Shown here piece by piece: positions 27,701 to 38,680 of a stretch of DNA of 64,000 bases. The number at the start of each line of letters is the position of its first letter. Position 1 is the stretch's first letter. Both the position numbers and the translations under genes were made by a program. The DNA is taken from the NCBI GenBank assembly GCA_002699085.1, contig PAAR01000028.1:161105-225104 (forward strand), read 5' to 3'. The notes below the pieces were generated by a model. It was not told the origin of the DNA. It saw nothing but the letters and a program-made list of their open reading frames with translations, and searched no databases. Origin of the DNA: Micavibrio sp. GTDB lineage: Bacteria; Pseudomonadota; Alphaproteobacteria; Micavibrionales; UBA9664.

Positions 27701-28792
27701 ATGACAGAAAATAAAAAGAAACGTATAGGTATTTTAACAAGTGGCGGCGACTGTGCTGGCCTCAACGCTGTGATCCGTGGTGCTGTGCATTATGCAGATC
27801 AGTTAGGCTGGGAAGTCGTCGGTATTTTAAATGGGACGCATGGCCTGTTACATCGACCTGTAAAGGCTGAAGTACTTAACCCTGATGATTTTGACGGTAA
27901 TATTTTACGTCGTGGCGGCACCATTTTGGGAACAATGAATAAGGGTGGGGTTTTTGACCATAAGATGCCAGATGGCAGTTCTAAAGATTTGTCGGATGAC
28001 ATTATTGAAGGGGTAAAGCTCCTTAAATTAGATGCCATTATTGGTATTGGTGGCGACGGTAGTTTTGCAATTTTGCAAAAACTTGCGAAAAAAGGCGGGT
28101 TTAAAATGGTCGGTATTCCTAAAACCATTGATAATGATTTAGGTAAGACAGAAGTGTCGGTTGGTTTTGACACGGCTGTTATGGTTGCTTCAGAGGCTCT
28201 TGATCGCTTGCAGCCTACGGCAGCTAGCCATGACCGTGTGATGATCTTAGAGGTTATGGGCCGTGATGCGGGGCATATTGCTCTTTCTGCTGGTATTGCA
28301 GGAGGTGTAGATGTGATTCTTATTCCTGAGATTCCTTATACGCTTGACAATATTGCTAAAAAAATAGCCTCCGTTAAAGAAGATGGCCGTAATTTCGGTC
28401 TCGTAATTGTTTCTGAGGCTGTGAAAACAGAAGAAGGCGAGAAAGCCCAGCAATCCTTTATTGATGGGCAGGTACGTTATGGTGGTATTGGGCAATATAT
28501 AGCTGATAAACTGTATGAAATGACAGGATCAGAGACTCGTGTGACTGTTTTAGGGCATGTTCAACGTGGTTCAGCGCCTACATATCGTGATCGCTTGTTG
28601 GCTACGGCTTTTGGTGTTCATGCTGTCGATCTTATCAAGCAAGGTAAATATGATCGTATGGTGTCTTGGTCGAATCGTCAGGTTATTGATGTCGCTATTG
28701 ATGATGCAATCGCCGCGTATCAGCAGGTCGATATTGACGGGACACTTGTTAAAACAGCCCGTGCGCTTGGCGTGTCATTTGGAGATAAATAA
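27701..28792 (+). CDS. 6-phosphofructokinase (phosphoryl donor, ATP or PPi, not assignable from sequence)
   Basis: RIGILTSGGDCAGLNAVIRG, GIGGDGS, PKTIDNDL and MGRDAG motifs. Confidence 0.9.
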   Translation: MTENKKKRIGILTSGGDCAGLNAVIRGAVHYADQLGWEVVGILNGTHGLLHRPVKAEVLNPDDFDGNILRRGGTILGTMNKGGVFDHKMPDGSSKDLSDDIIEGVKLLKLDAIIGIGGDGSFAILQKLAKKGGFKMVGIPKTIDNDLGKTEVSVGFDTAVMVASEALDRLQPTAASHDRVMILEVMGRDAGHIALSAGIAGGVDVILIPEIPYTLDNIAKKIASVKEDGRNFGLVIVSEAVKTEEGEKAQQSFIDGQVRYGGIGQYIADKLYEMTGSETRVTVLGHVQRGSAPTYRDRLLATAFGVHAVDLIKQGKYDRMVSWSNRQVIDVAIDDAIAAYQQVDIDGTLVKTARALGVSFGDK

Positions 28793-28794
28793 AT

Positions 28795-29382
28795 ATGCTA
28801 TATGTCCAGCAATCCCTTAGTCCCAATGAGAAAATTGTTCATATAGGGAATTTCCATTGGGCGTATAAAGCGGCTGGACTATCTTGGCTATTATTTGGCC
28901 TTGTGATTGCATATCTTATTCTTCATGTGGCCCTTTATATGGATGTTACGGCTATTATCGATCAGCGTTTCCCTAATCTACCTGAAAATCTTGAAGGTGA
29001 AGCGTGGGGGCGGGTTATTGCTGCAAAGGGCGGCTGGTTGGCCGCTATTTTTGAACTAAATATCGCCGTACGTGCTGTAGCCTTTGCCTCAATCTTATTT
29101 GGCGTTTTTATGTGCGCTAAAATTTTCATTACTATTATTGTGACAGAAATTGCGGTAACCAATACACGCTTGATTTTTAAAACAGGGTTGATCGCTCGTT
29201 ATGTCGGTGAGATTAATGTTGATCGTATTGAAGGTGTGAATATTGTACAGAGTATTTTAGGGCGTTTATTGGGTTATGGCCAAGTGATTGTGCGCGGTAT
29301 GGGGGTGGGCGAGGTAACGCTACCACCTATTGAGAATCCGATTTTGTTCCGTCGTGCTATTGAAAAAGCAAAAAGCCTGTAG
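28795..29382 (+). CDS. Membrane protein with bacterial PH (bPH_2/YdbT-like) domain
   Basis: LSPNEKIV...HW start, TM segments, then TNTRLIFKTGLIARYVGEINVDRIEGVNIVQSILGRLLGYG. Confidence 0.7.
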   Translation: MLYVQQSLSPNEKIVHIGNFHWAYKAAGLSWLLFGLVIAYLILHVALYMDVTAIIDQRFPNLPENLEGEAWGRVIAAKGGWLAAIFELNIAVRAVAFASILFGVFMCAKIFITIIVTEIAVTNTRLIFKTGLIARYVGEINVDRIEGVNIVQSILGRLLGYGQVIVRGMGVGEVTLPPIENPILFRRAIEKAKSL

Positions 29383-29398
29383 TATATAAAAAGCTTCT

Positions 29399-29414
29399 TT
29401 AATTAACTGTTAAC
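29399..29414. promoter_or_regulatory. Canonical CtrA box TTAA-N7-TTAAC upstream of the DUF882 peptidase gene
   Basis: Sequence TTAATTAACTGTTAAC, 80 nt upstream of the ATG at 29494. Confidence 0.4.
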
Positions 29415-29493
29415 GAGAAACCGCTATACTTAAACAAACATAAGCAAAAAAAGTTTCAGCCATAAGCAGGATAATCAATAATATTTTTAAATC

Positions 29494-30072
29494 ATGACAA
29501 TATTTAATAGAAGAAATTTTCTTAAACAGAGTTTATTTTTAGGTGCTGGGCTTGTAACCAGTTTATCTGCGGCCAAAGCTGAAGCGTTTAATTTACCTGC
29601 CCAACAATTATTCCAAAATGTTAAAGAGCCAAAAACAATCTCTTTCAAATGCCTTCATACAGGTGAAGTGTTTAACGGTGCTTACAAAGTAGGCGACCAG
29701 TACATTAAAGATAGTTTGCGCCATTTGCGCTATGTTTTACGTGACCATCGTGATGGCACTACACATGATATTGATCGCGATCTTCTGGATTATATGCATG
29801 CTGTAAAGATGCGGGCGAACAGAGATCAAGATTTTGTGGTTCTTTCCGGTTTTCGTTCACATAAAACAAACGCAATGCTTCGTCGTACAACGACAGGCGT
29901 AGCAAAAAACTCATTTCATATGGAAGGCCGTGCGATTGATATTCGTATTCCTGGCTACTCTGTGGCAGAATTGCAAAAAAATGCTCATCAATTAAAGCTT
30001 GGCGGCGTTGGTTATTACCCAAAAAGTGGTTTTGTTCATATTGATACAGGCCCTATTCGTGACTGGAGCTAA
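29494..30072 (+). CDS. Tat-exported DUF882 / peptidase M15A protein (YcbK/MepK-like murein endopeptidase)
   Basis: Twin-arginine signal NRRNFLKQS. C-terminal SGFRSHKTN...SFHMEGRAIDIRIPG...GGVGYYPKSGFVHIDTGP. Confidence 0.8.
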   Translation: MTIFNRRNFLKQSLFLGAGLVTSLSAAKAEAFNLPAQQLFQNVKEPKTISFKCLHTGEVFNGAYKVGDQYIKDSLRHLRYVLRDHRDGTTHDIDRDLLDYMHAVKMRANRDQDFVVLSGFRSHKTNAMLRRTTTGVAKNSFHMEGRAIDIRIPGYSVAELQKNAHQLKLGGVGYYPKSGFVHIDTGPIRDWS

Positions 30073-30185
30073 TTTTTTAGGTCTAAAACTTTAAAATATC
30101 ACGTAAATCCCTTTGATTTTCTTCTTTAGCGACTTATAGTCTATTCACAAATTGTAATAGAGTAGACGATTAAGGAGCTTAATCT

Positions 30186-31139
30186 ATGAAAAACTTACCA
30201 AAAATAATTTTAATTCTTGTTGTGCTTGCTTTAGCAGGTGTGGCGATTGGCTTAGCCGCTGAATTTTTAAGTCAAGATAAAGCAGCAAAAGTTACTGAGA
30301 ATAATCAGGATCAAAATGTGGTGTTGGCTAAAGTAGGTCATCAGGACATCACGTTAAAAGATATTAATGAGAATTTTAACTTTAATGCCCAGCAACTCCA
30401 AGGTGTGGATCCTCAGCAAATATACAATGTCCTACTACAACAGGTTATAGGACAGCGTTTGCTCGATCAGGCAGCGAAGAAAGAAATTAGCAATGGTAAT
30501 AAAGAACTTCGCAAAGAAATGGATAAAGCCAGAACGCAGATTAAGCGTAATCTGTATTTAGAAGAATTATTTGCTAAAGAATTAACTGAAAAAGACCTGG
30601 TTATGGCTTATCAGCAATATATTTCACAAATTCCTGAAAGCAATGAAAAACAAATTCATGCCCGCCATATTCTCGTTAAGGATAAAGCAGAGGCAGAGAG
30701 TATTATTAAAGAACTTAATGCTGGTAAAGATTTTATTACTTTAGCGCAACAGCATTCTAAAGATTCTGCAGCAGCCAGTGGCGGAGATTTAGGGTTCTTC
30801 TCTAAAAATCAAATGGTTAAAGAATTCGCAGACGCAGCTTTCAAGTTAGATGTTGGCCAATATACAAAAACACCAGTAAAAACACAGTTCGGCTGGCATG
30901 TGATTTTGGTTGAAGGTAAACGTGTTGAGCCAAAGCCAACATTTGAAGATGTCCGTGCGGAACTTGAAAATAGCCTAAGACAAGAAATTCTGGACAAACA
31001 TCTGAATGAGCTAACAGAGAAATATGGTGTTAAGCGTTTTGATCCTAAAACTGGCGAAGAGATAGTGCCGCAAGAGCCTGTAGCAGATACGGATAAAGAT
31101 ATCTCGGAAGCGCCAGTCGAGACAAAAGCTACAGAGTAA
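30186..31139 (+). CDS. Parvulin-type peptidyl-prolyl cis-trans isomerase (SurA/PrsA-like, membrane-anchored)
   Basis: N-terminal TM segment. PpiC domain [20 protein letters not shown]...[21 protein letters not shown]...[12 protein letters not shown]. Confidence 0.85.
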   Translation: MKNLPKIILILVVLALAGVAIGLAAEFLSQDKAAKVTENNQDQNVVLAKVGHQDITLKDINENFNFNAQQLQGVDPQQIYNVLLQQVIGQRLLDQAAKKEISNGNKELRKEMDKARTQIKRNLYLEELFAKELTEKDLVMAYQQYISQIPESNEKQIHARHILVKDKAEAESIIKELNAGKDFITLAQQHSKDSAAASGGDLGFFSKNQMVKEFADAAFKLDVGQYTKTPVKTQFGWHVILVEGKRVEPKPTFEDVRAELENSLRQEILDKHLNELTEKYGVKRFDPKTGEEIVPQEPVADTDKDISEAPVETKATE

Positions 31140-31141
31140 AG

Positions 31142-33070
31142 ATGCAACCATTATCCGCACCCACAATTGAGACTGAAGATACGAAAAGCGCTTACATGGT
31201 ATTAAACCGTGTAGATAGCCCCAAAGATATGAAGTCTTTATCGGATGCTGAATTAAGCACTTTAGCCAATGAAGTGCGTGCTGATATGGTTCGTGCCGTT
31301 TCGCAAACAGGGGGGCATTTGGGTGCAGGTTTGGGTGTAGTTGAATTAACTACAGCGATACATGCTGTTTTTGATACACCAGATGATCGCCTGATTTTTG
31401 ATGTGGGACACCAAGCTTATCCGCATAAGATTTTGACTGGGCGTCGTGATCGTATGACGACAATCCGTCAAGGTGGTGGCTTATCTGGTTTTACTAAACG
31501 GTCAGAAAGTGAGTATGATCCTTTTGGTGCAGCGCATAGCTCAACGGCTATTTCTGCTGGCTTTGGGATGAAGGTAGCCGCTGAATTAGAGGGCAATCCA
31601 GACCGTGATGTAATTTGCGTCGTAGGTGACGGTGCGATGTCGGCCGGTATGGCTTATGAAGCGATGAATAATGCAGGAGACCGTCAGTCTAAATTGATTG
31701 TTATCTTAAATGATAATGACATGTCAATTGCGCCACCTGTTGGTGCATTGAATAAATACTTGAATGGTGTTGTGTCTTCATCAGGCTATATTAAGGCACG
31801 GACGGCGGCGAAAAAATTTACATCAAAACTGCCCAAACCATTAAAATATGCGGCGGCACGTTTTGAAGAGCTCGCCAGAACGGGCATTTCTAAACCTGGT
31901 AACTTATTTGAAGCCCTAGGCTTTTATTATATTGGTCCAGTCGATGGCCACGATATGGATCAGTTATTAAAAGTGCTGCGTAACGTCAAAGAAACAGCTT
32001 ATAATAAGCCAATACTTATTCATGCTATTACCAAAAAAGGGAATGGTTATCTGCCTGCTGAATCATCGGCGGATAAAATGCACGGTGTCGTAAAGTTTGA
32101 CGTCGTAACGGGTAATCAATTTAAGTCAAAAGCATCAGCACCTTCTTACACAAAAGTATTTGCACAAGAGCTTATAAAACACGCTGAAAAGGATAAAAAG
32201 ATTGTCGGTATTACAGGGGCTATGCCCTCTGGCACGGGGATGGATTTATTCGGTCAGGCTTATCCTGACCGTATGTTTGATGTCGGGATCGCAGAACAGC
32301 ATGCCGTCACATTTGCAGCAGGTATGGCGGTTGATGGCTTTAAACCTTTTGCGGCGATCTATTCGACCTTTTTACAACGTGGCTATGACCAAGTTGTCCA
32401 TGATGTGGCGCTTCAGAATTTGCCAGTGCGTTTTGCGATTGACCGTGCAGGACTTGTTGGAGCGGACGGGCAAACGCATGCGGGCAGCTTTGATATTGCG
32501 TATTTAGGGTGCTTACCAAATATGATGTTGATGGCCTCAAGTGATGAGGCGGAATTAGCTAAAATGGTCGCAACAGCGGTGGCCTATGACCAAGGTCCTT
32601 GTGCGTTCCGTTACCCACGGGGTGAAGGGGTTGGTGTTGAAATACCAACACTTGCACAACCTTTAGAAATTGGGAAAGGGCGCATTGTTAAAGAAGGTAC
32701 TGATATCGCAATTTTAAGTTATGGTGGGCGTTTGCATGAAGCTTTGTCTGCGGCAGAAACCTTAGAAACGCAGAAAATGTCAGTGACCGTTGCTGATGCA
32801 CGTTTTGCCAAACCACTTGATGAGACTCTAATCAGAGACCTTGTGAAAAACCACAAAGCATTGATTACGATTGAAGAAGGTTCTATCGGTGGGTTTGGTA
32901 GTTTTGTTGCTAGCTTTTTAGCAAAAGAAGGATTGTTTGATAAAGGTTTAATATTCCGTATGTTAACTTTGCCTGATATGTTCCAGGATCATGATAAACC
33001 TGAAAAACAGTATGAACAGGCTGGCTTAACGGCTAAAAATATTGTTTCATTAATAAAAACTTTAGTTTGA
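31142..33070 (+). CDS. dxs: 1-deoxy-D-xylulose-5-phosphate synthase
   Basis: [42 protein letters not shown]. Full length, 642 aa. Confidence 0.97.
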   Translation: MQPLSAPTIETEDTKSAYMVLNRVDSPKDMKSLSDAELSTLANEVRADMVRAVSQTGGHLGAGLGVVELTTAIHAVFDTPDDRLIFDVGHQAYPHKILTGRRDRMTTIRQGGGLSGFTKRSESEYDPFGAAHSSTAISAGFGMKVAAELEGNPDRDVICVVGDGAMSAGMAYEAMNNAGDRQSKLIVILNDNDMSIAPPVGALNKYLNGVVSSSGYIKARTAAKKFTSKLPKPLKYAAARFEELARTGISKPGNLFEALGFYYIGPVDGHDMDQLLKVLRNVKETAYNKPILIHAITKKGNGYLPAESSADKMHGVVKFDVVTGNQFKSKASAPSYTKVFAQELIKHAEKDKKIVGITGAMPSGTGMDLFGQAYPDRMFDVGIAEQHAVTFAAGMAVDGFKPFAAIYSTFLQRGYDQVVHDVALQNLPVRFAIDRAGLVGADGQTHAGSFDIAYLGCLPNMMLMASSDEAELAKMVATAVAYDQGPCAFRYPRGEGVGVEIPTLAQPLEIGKGRIVKEGTDIAILSYGGRLHEALSAAETLETQKMSVTVADARFAKPLDETLIRDLVKNHKALITIEEGSIGGFGSFVASFLAKEGLFDKGLIFRMLTLPDMFQDHDKPEKQYEQAGLTAKNIVSLIKTLV

Positions 33071-33080
33071 TAGCGAGAGA

Positions 33081-33803
33081 ATGACACAATTACCAAAGCC
33101 TACTGCGTGCATTTTTGATCTTGATGGTACGCTTGTCAAACATAAAAACCCAAAAACCATCGCACGTTTAGAGCGTTATGACACGCTTATCCATATTTTG
33201 ACGAAACCGTTTCAAAAGACACAAGAAGTGCCAACGGAAATGGATCTAACAGTGAATGTTGAGTCTAACCCGCTCATTCACCGTATTGTTCATGCAATAC
33301 GTATTCTACGTGGTATGGGTGTCGATAAAGTTGTCGAGCCATATGAAGGGGCTATCGATATTTTAAATTATCTTAAGCGTAAAAAAATGCCGATGAGCAT
33401 AAGCAGCAATGGTCATGGTGAGTTCTATGGGCATGATGTTTTAAAACGCTATGACATGGAAAAATATTTTGATTCGGTTATTTTCAGAGAGAATGTGCGC
33501 CATGGGAAACCGAGTCCAGAAGGATTGCTGCGTTCTATTTTACTTTTAGGCTTGGATGAAAAGAAGCCACAAAATATTTGGTATATTGGCGATCAAGCTA
33601 AGGATATGAAGGCGGCGATTGAGGCAAATAAACAAATGCCTAAAAATTGGCAAATCGTGCCAGTCGCTTTTAATGCAACACGTTCGACGGCTTATATGTA
33701 TTTAACACGCGCTGCAAGGGATGTTGAAGGGTTGACGCAGAAAAACTCTGTTAAGAGTTTTGAACATTTGCAGGAAAAATTAGAAAATTTACTTGGTAAA
33801 TAA
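33081..33803 (+). CDS. HAD-superfamily hydrolase (phosphatase-like)
   Basis: Motif I CIFDLDGTLV, an SSNG block, and KPSPEGLL...IGDQAKDMKAA. Confidence 0.75.
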   Translation: MTQLPKPTACIFDLDGTLVKHKNPKTIARLERYDTLIHILTKPFQKTQEVPTEMDLTVNVESNPLIHRIVHAIRILRGMGVDKVVEPYEGAIDILNYLKRKKMPMSISSNGHGEFYGHDVLKRYDMEKYFDSVIFRENVRHGKPSPEGLLRSILLLGLDEKKPQNIWYIGDQAKDMKAAIEANKQMPKNWQIVPVAFNATRSTAYMYLTRAARDVEGLTQKNSVKSFEHLQEKLENLLGK

Positions 33804-34580
33804 TTTTTCAGCCCGTGCAAGATCTTCAGGACTATCTATGCCAGGAAAAGCTGGGAACTGCCCATATTCAACAGCCACACATTTAATTTTCATACCGTTT
33901 TCTAAAGCACGGAGCTGCTCCAAACCTTCTAGCTGTTCGTAATGCGCATGCGGTAGTGCCACGTATTTTTTTAGACCTTCCGAGCTGTAGCCATACATAC
34001 CGATATGTCTGAAAATGGGTGAATGAGGATTTAGATCACGTAATTTTTCTTCTTTGCGGATCGCAGGAATAATATTCTTTGAGAACCATAAGGCGTATTG
34101 ATCTGTATCAATCGCTACAGTTGTGCCTGAAAAAGGTGTTGTTATTTTTGCTTGACGGAGTGCGTCCAAGGCGGTCCAGTCGAGTTGTACAACAGGCGTT
34201 ACAATATCGGCTTTCTTGTCGGCTTTATAGGTTTCAATAAGTGCATTGATAAAATGCGGTGGTGCGATTAAGTCGCCTTGCAAATTGACAATGAAATCGG
34301 GTTTTAGATGGCTGTTATGGAGTGCCTCCATAGCACGGTCAGTACCAGATTCGCATGTCTCAGATGTCATGACGCAATTTAAGTCATGTTGGACGCAAAA
34401 ACGTTCTATACGGTGATCCTCAGTGGCGACTAAAACGGTAACGTTGGGTATGGTTTGTGCTGTTTCCATGGCACTCTCATAAACCCATAATAAAAGCTCT
34501 CGTCCTTTAATTTTGGCAAGTGGTTTTCCAGGAAAGCGGGTAGAGCCATAACGGGCAGGAATGATGATTGCTGTTTTCAT
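33789..34580 (-). CDS. kdsB: 3-deoxy-manno-octulosonate cytidylyltransferase KdsB
   Basis: IIPARYGSTRFPGKPLA, VNLQGD, and the C-terminal GIDSPEDL region. Confidence 0.92.
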   Translation of the reverse strand: MKTAIIIPARYGSTRFPGKPLAKIKGRELLLWVYESAMETAQTIPNVTVLVATEDHRIERFCVQHDLNCVMTSETCESGTDRAMEALHNSHLKPDFIVNLQGDLIAPPHFINALIETYKADKKADIVTPVVQLDWTALDALRQAKITTPFSGTTVAIDTDQYALWFSKNIIPAIRKEEKLRDLNPHSPIFRHIGMYGYSSEGLKKYVALPHAHYEQLEGLEQLRALENGMKIKCVAVEYGQFPAFPGIDSPEDLARAEKLFTK

Positions 34581-34927
34581 TAGTGTAATTTCTCTCCATT
34601 TTCCACGGGCGCTTGTGGTTGAGCAAGGATGATTTTACCTTCCTTATCAGAAAAGCCAAGTGTTAGCACTTCAGACATAAACGGGCCAATCTGACGTGGT
34701 GGAAAATTAACAACAGCACAGACCTGCTGGCCTATTAAAGTATCTTTTGAATAATGATCGGTGATTTGGGCGGATGTTTTTTTTATGCCGAGTTTCTTGC
34801 CAAAATCAATAAACAATTTTAAAGCAGGTTTGCGTGCTTCAGGAAAGTCTTGGACATCGACAACTGTACCTACACGAATATCAACTTTCAAAAAATCATC
34901 AAAGGTAATTTCTTCGGCGATGCTCAC
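34580..34927 (-). CDS. tRNA-binding domain protein (CsaA/YgjH-like)
   Basis: DFLKVDIRVGTVVDVQDFPEARKPALKLFIDFG...SAQIT...VNFPPRQIGPFMSEVLTLG. Confidence 0.8.
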   Translation of the reverse strand: MSIAEEITFDDFLKVDIRVGTVVDVQDFPEARKPALKLFIDFGKKLGIKKTSAQITDHYSKDTLIGQQVCAVVNFPPRQIGPFMSEVLTLGFSDKEGKIILAQPQAPVENGEKLH

Positions 34928-36714
34928 TTTTTAGCCCACCATGTGTCGAGAATGTTTAAATTATAAGGTGCCCGTTTTGATGGTTGACCGAATTTGTCCC
35001 AATACGCTACACGGAAACTATTTAAATGCCATTGTGGCACAACATAGTAATTCCACAATAAAACACGATCAAGCGCACGAGAGGCCGTTACAAGGTCGTC
35101 ACGACTTTCTGCATGAACGATTTTATCAACAAGTGCATCAACTACAGGGTCTTTAATACCTGCCCAATTTCTGGAGCCAGCTTGGTCAGCTTTTGTAGAG
35201 TGCCAATATTCAACTTGTTCATTGCCTGGTGAGAGCGATTGCCCAAAGACTTGAACGGTCATATCGTAGTCATGTTCTAAAATACGGTTTTGATATTGAG
35301 CTGTATCTATTGTTCGGAAAGAAGCTTCGATACCAATTTTTTTCAAGTTGGCAATCATCGGCGCAATCCAGCGTTCAAAGGTTGGCTGATTTTCGATGAT
35401 TTCAAATTTAAGTTTTTTACCTGTCTTAGGGTCATAACGGTAGCCATCTTCACCAAGCTCATAACCCGCATCTTCCAAAAGTTGTATTGCCTCTTTTAGT
35501 TGTTTACGATTATTACCATCACCCTTCGTTTTTGGCAGTTTAAATTCTTCCTCAAATAATTCAGGCGGTAATTGATCTTTAAAAGGCTCTAATAATTTAC
35601 GCTCGGCTTTACTTGGTTTGCCTGTAGAGGCTAGTTCAGAATTTTCAAAAAAACTGTCTGTACGAGTATAAGCACCATAGGCAAATTGCTTGTTAGACCA
35701 TTCAAAATCAAATGCTAAGTTAATGGCTTTACGCACAGCGATATCTTGAAATAGAGGATGACGTAAATTCATCACGAAAGCTTGCATGCCTGCAGGGCGT
35801 TCATGTTCCAATTTTTCAATTTTAATGTCGCCGTCTTTGACTGCTTGTGCGTCTTTGTAGGTCGTTGCCCATGTTTTGGCGATATTCTCAACACGGTAAT
35901 CATATTCATTAGCCAACAGCGCTTCGACAGCTACCGTTGCATCACGATAATAATCGACACGCACAATATCAAAATTGTATCGACCTTTATTAACGGGAAT
36001 ATCAGCACCCCAATAATCTTTTACACGTTCATAGACAATTGATTTGCCAGGCTCAACGGTAACAATCTTATAAGGGCCAGAACCTAGTGGTTTTTCTAAT
36101 GTTGTTGCATCAAATTTTTTACCTTCCCAGAAATGTTTAGGCAGAACAGGCAATTGTCCAAGAATAAGCGGCAGCTCTCTATTTTTAGGGTTTTCAAATG
36201 TGAAAGTTACTTGATGTTCACCTGTTTTTTTTGCTTCTTTTACCCCACTATAATAAGAACGATAAAAAGGTAGGCCTTTTTCTTTCAAGGTTTCAAATGT
36301 CCAGATTACATCTTCTGGTGTCACAGATGTGCCGTCATGGAACTTAGCCGCTTTGTTTAAATTAAAGCGGATATAGCTGTTATCTTCTGGGTGCTCAATG
36401 CTTTCGGCTAATCGGGCGTATTCGCTGAATGGCTCGTCATCGCTACTTTGTAAAAGCGTGTCATAAACGAGGTCGAGATCGCTGGCTGGAAGACCTTTAA
36501 ATATAAATGCATTAAGGTTGTCATAGCTACCCACAACGTGCTCACGCAATATACCGCCCTTTGGTGCATCAGGATTAACGTAATCGAAATGTTTGAAATT
36601 TTCTTTGTATTTCATGTCGCCATGCATAGACAGGCCATGACTGGTTGTAACTTCTTCAGCAGCAAAGCTTGAGAAAGAAAAAAGGCTAAGCACGAGGGCT
36701 AGAAAGAGTTTCAT
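34924..36714 (-). CDS. yejA: Family-5 periplasmic solute-binding protein (YejA-like)
   Basis: Signal peptide followed by HGLSMHGDMKYKENFKHFDYVNPDAPKGG, as in YejA. 596 aa. Confidence 0.85.
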   Translation of the reverse strand: MKLFLALVLSLFSFSSFAAEEVTTSHGLSMHGDMKYKENFKHFDYVNPDAPKGGILREHVVGSYDNLNAFIFKGLPASDLDLVYDTLLQSSDDEPFSEYARLAESIEHPEDNSYIRFNLNKAAKFHDGTSVTPEDVIWTFETLKEKGLPFYRSYYSGVKEAKKTGEHQVTFTFENPKNRELPLILGQLPVLPKHFWEGKKFDATTLEKPLGSGPYKIVTVEPGKSIVYERVKDYWGADIPVNKGRYNFDIVRVDYYRDATVAVEALLANEYDYRVENIAKTWATTYKDAQAVKDGDIKIEKLEHERPAGMQAFVMNLRHPLFQDIAVRKAINLAFDFEWSNKQFAYGAYTRTDSFFENSELASTGKPSKAERKLLEPFKDQLPPELFEEEFKLPKTKGDGNNRKQLKEAIQLLEDAGYELGEDGYRYDPKTGKKLKFEIIENQPTFERWIAPMIANLKKIGIEASFRTIDTAQYQNRILEHDYDMTVQVFGQSLSPGNEQVEYWHSTKADQAGSRNWAGIKDPVVDALVDKIVHAESRDDLVTASRALDRVLLWNYYVVPQWHLNSFRVAYWDKFGQPSKRAPYNLNILDTWWAKK

Positions 36715-37577
36715 AGTGTTATTCCATTCATTATATAATCAGGTTTAAATGCTGCTTCTTGTATGAAAGCAGAAAGCTTAGTATGGCACAAGCGGTTGTC
36801 ATTCTCTGTATCAAGAAATTCATCCCAATGAACGCCAGGCAAGTTTAAAAGCGCATCAATGCCATATGATTTTGCGCCGGTTATATCAGTTTTAATAGAG
36901 TCACCAATGGCTAGAATACGCTTTTTATCGGTAATGCCGAGTGCTTTTTGTGTTTCTTCGTAGCACGGTCTATGGGGCTTGCCGTGGAAAAACACATTGC
37001 CACCCATTTCTTGGTATTCTTTAGCAAAAGTGCCGCCGCATATTTTTATGTGGTCGCCGAAACGAACCGTAAGGTCAGGATTGGTACACAATAAAGGTAT
37101 GTTTTTATCTAAAAGTTGTTTTTGGAGCTCTATTAATGCAGCCGTATCACCTGTGCTTTCCTCAATGTGACTGACACAAGCAAAGCTTGCAGAGTGGAGA
37201 TCATCAACAATCGTAATCTCAGTGCTATCCGTTAATGCGTGTAAGAATTTTTCAGGGCCTAAGTAATAACAGGCTGTGCCACAAGCTGTATGGAAGTCAT
37301 CATTGCGCGCCTGTAATGCTTTGAAAGCGAGCTCGCCAGAGCTGATAATAGTTTTATATAAATCTTTATTTAAGCCACGTTCTTCTAATTGGTTGGATAT
37401 ATTATACGCTCGACGGGGTGAATTGGTGAGCAGTACAACTTCTTTCCCTTGCTCTTTTAGATACGTAAGTGTTGGAATAACACCGTCAAATAATGAGACG
37501 CCATTATATAAAACGCCCCAAACATCAAAGATAAAGCCGTCATATTTATCGGCAATTTCTGTAATGCCTGAAATCAT
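36711..37577 (-). CDS. HAD-superfamily class IIA hydrolase (TIGR01459-like)
   Basis: YDGFIFDVWGVLYNG start motif, LTNSPR, and the GDSIKTDITGA motif. Confidence 0.75.
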   Translation of the reverse strand: MISGITEIADKYDGFIFDVWGVLYNGVSLFDGVIPTLTYLKEQGKEVVLLTNSPRRAYNISNQLEERGLNKDLYKTIISSGELAFKALQARNDDFHTACGTACYYLGPEKFLHALTDSTEITIVDDLHSASFACVSHIEESTGDTAALIELQKQLLDKNIPLLCTNPDLTVRFGDHIKICGGTFAKEYQEMGGNVFFHGKPHRPCYEETQKALGITDKKRILAIGDSIKTDITGAKSYGIDALLNLPGVHWDEFLDTENDNRLCHTKLSAFIQEAAFKPDYIMNGITL

Positions 37578-37595
37578 ATAATTTGTCCTTTTGTG

Positions 37596-38666
37596 CTATT
37601 TAACGTCACAACCTATAGCATCAGATATACGTGAAAACCCATCTTTTTCAAGGAAAGAGGGGAGCTTATCCCGTATTTCTTTAATAAGTGTTGGGCCCCT
37701 ATAGATCAGGCCAGTGTAAAGTTGAATGAGTGAAGCACCCGCTTTGATCTTAGTATAAGCATCTTCAGCCGATAAAATACCGCCAATGCCGATAATGGGT
37801 ATTGTACCTTTGGTGAGTGCATAAAATTTAGCGATAACGGCGGTTGAGCGGTCAGTCAGTGGTTTACCGCTTAGCCCGCCTTGTTGTTGGCGAAACTTTA
37901 AAGGCAAGTCTTCTGGACGATCCAAGGTAGTATTGGTGAGGATCAGGCCATCTACTTTTTCAGCTATACAGGCTTGTGCGGCCATTTGCATTTCTTCATC
38001 AGTCATATCGGGCGATAATTTGACCAAAATCGGTGGTTTTTTAAGCGTACAATAATCGCTGCGTGCTGCTTTAACCCGTCGGATCATCTGTGCTAAAAAT
38101 TCTGACTTTTGTAGCTCTCTAAGCCCAGGTGTATTGGGGGATGAGATGTTCACAGTGATATAATCAGCCAAGCTACCAAGTGATTGGATAAGGTTTATAT
38201 AGTCTTCATAAGGATCTTCAGTGTCTTTGTTTTTGCCGATATTAATGCCTAAGGTTTGGTCGGCTTTGCGGGTCATTAAGAAATGTGTGACGTGATCTTT
38301 AAACTTATCTAAACCGCCATTCGGAAAGCCCATACGGTTGATAACGGCATTGTTCTTTGCAGCCCGAAACACACGTTGCTTAGGGTTACCTTTTTGCGGT
38401 TGCGGGGTGACAGTGCCAATTTCAACAAAGCCCATACCAAGATTGAACATGGCAGCCATTGTATCAGCGTTTTTGTCAAAACCTGCGGCTAAACCTACGG
38501 GGTTAGAAAAATGCAGGCCGAAAACATTGTTCTCTAATATTGGATTGGTGTTAATTTTTTGAGCTGGAATGAGGCCAGACTTTAGGGCTGTGACGGTAAA
38601 ATTATGTGCTGTTTCCGGCGGCAAGGCCATAAGAGGATATTTTGCCAAAGCATAGAGTAGCGACAT
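37596..38666 (-). CDS. pyrD: Dihydroorotate dehydrogenase (quinone), class 2
   Basis: N-terminal membrane-association helix, GLAAGFDKN, NISSPNTPGLR and GGLSG motifs. Confidence 0.95.
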   Translation of the reverse strand: MSLLYALAKYPLMALPPETAHNFTVTALKSGLIPAQKINTNPILENNVFGLHFSNPVGLAAGFDKNADTMAAMFNLGMGFVEIGTVTPQPQKGNPKQRVFRAAKNNAVINRMGFPNGGLDKFKDHVTHFLMTRKADQTLGINIGKNKDTEDPYEDYINLIQSLGSLADYITVNISSPNTPGLRELQKSEFLAQMIRRVKAARSDYCTLKKPPILVKLSPDMTDEEMQMAAQACIAEKVDGLILTNTTLDRPEDLPLKFRQQQGGLSGKPLTDRSTAVIAKFYALTKGTIPIIGIGGILSAEDAYTKIKAGASLIQLYTGLIYRGPTLIKEIRDKLPSFLEKDGFSRISDAIGCDVK

Positions 38667-38680
38667 ATCAAAACCTTTGT

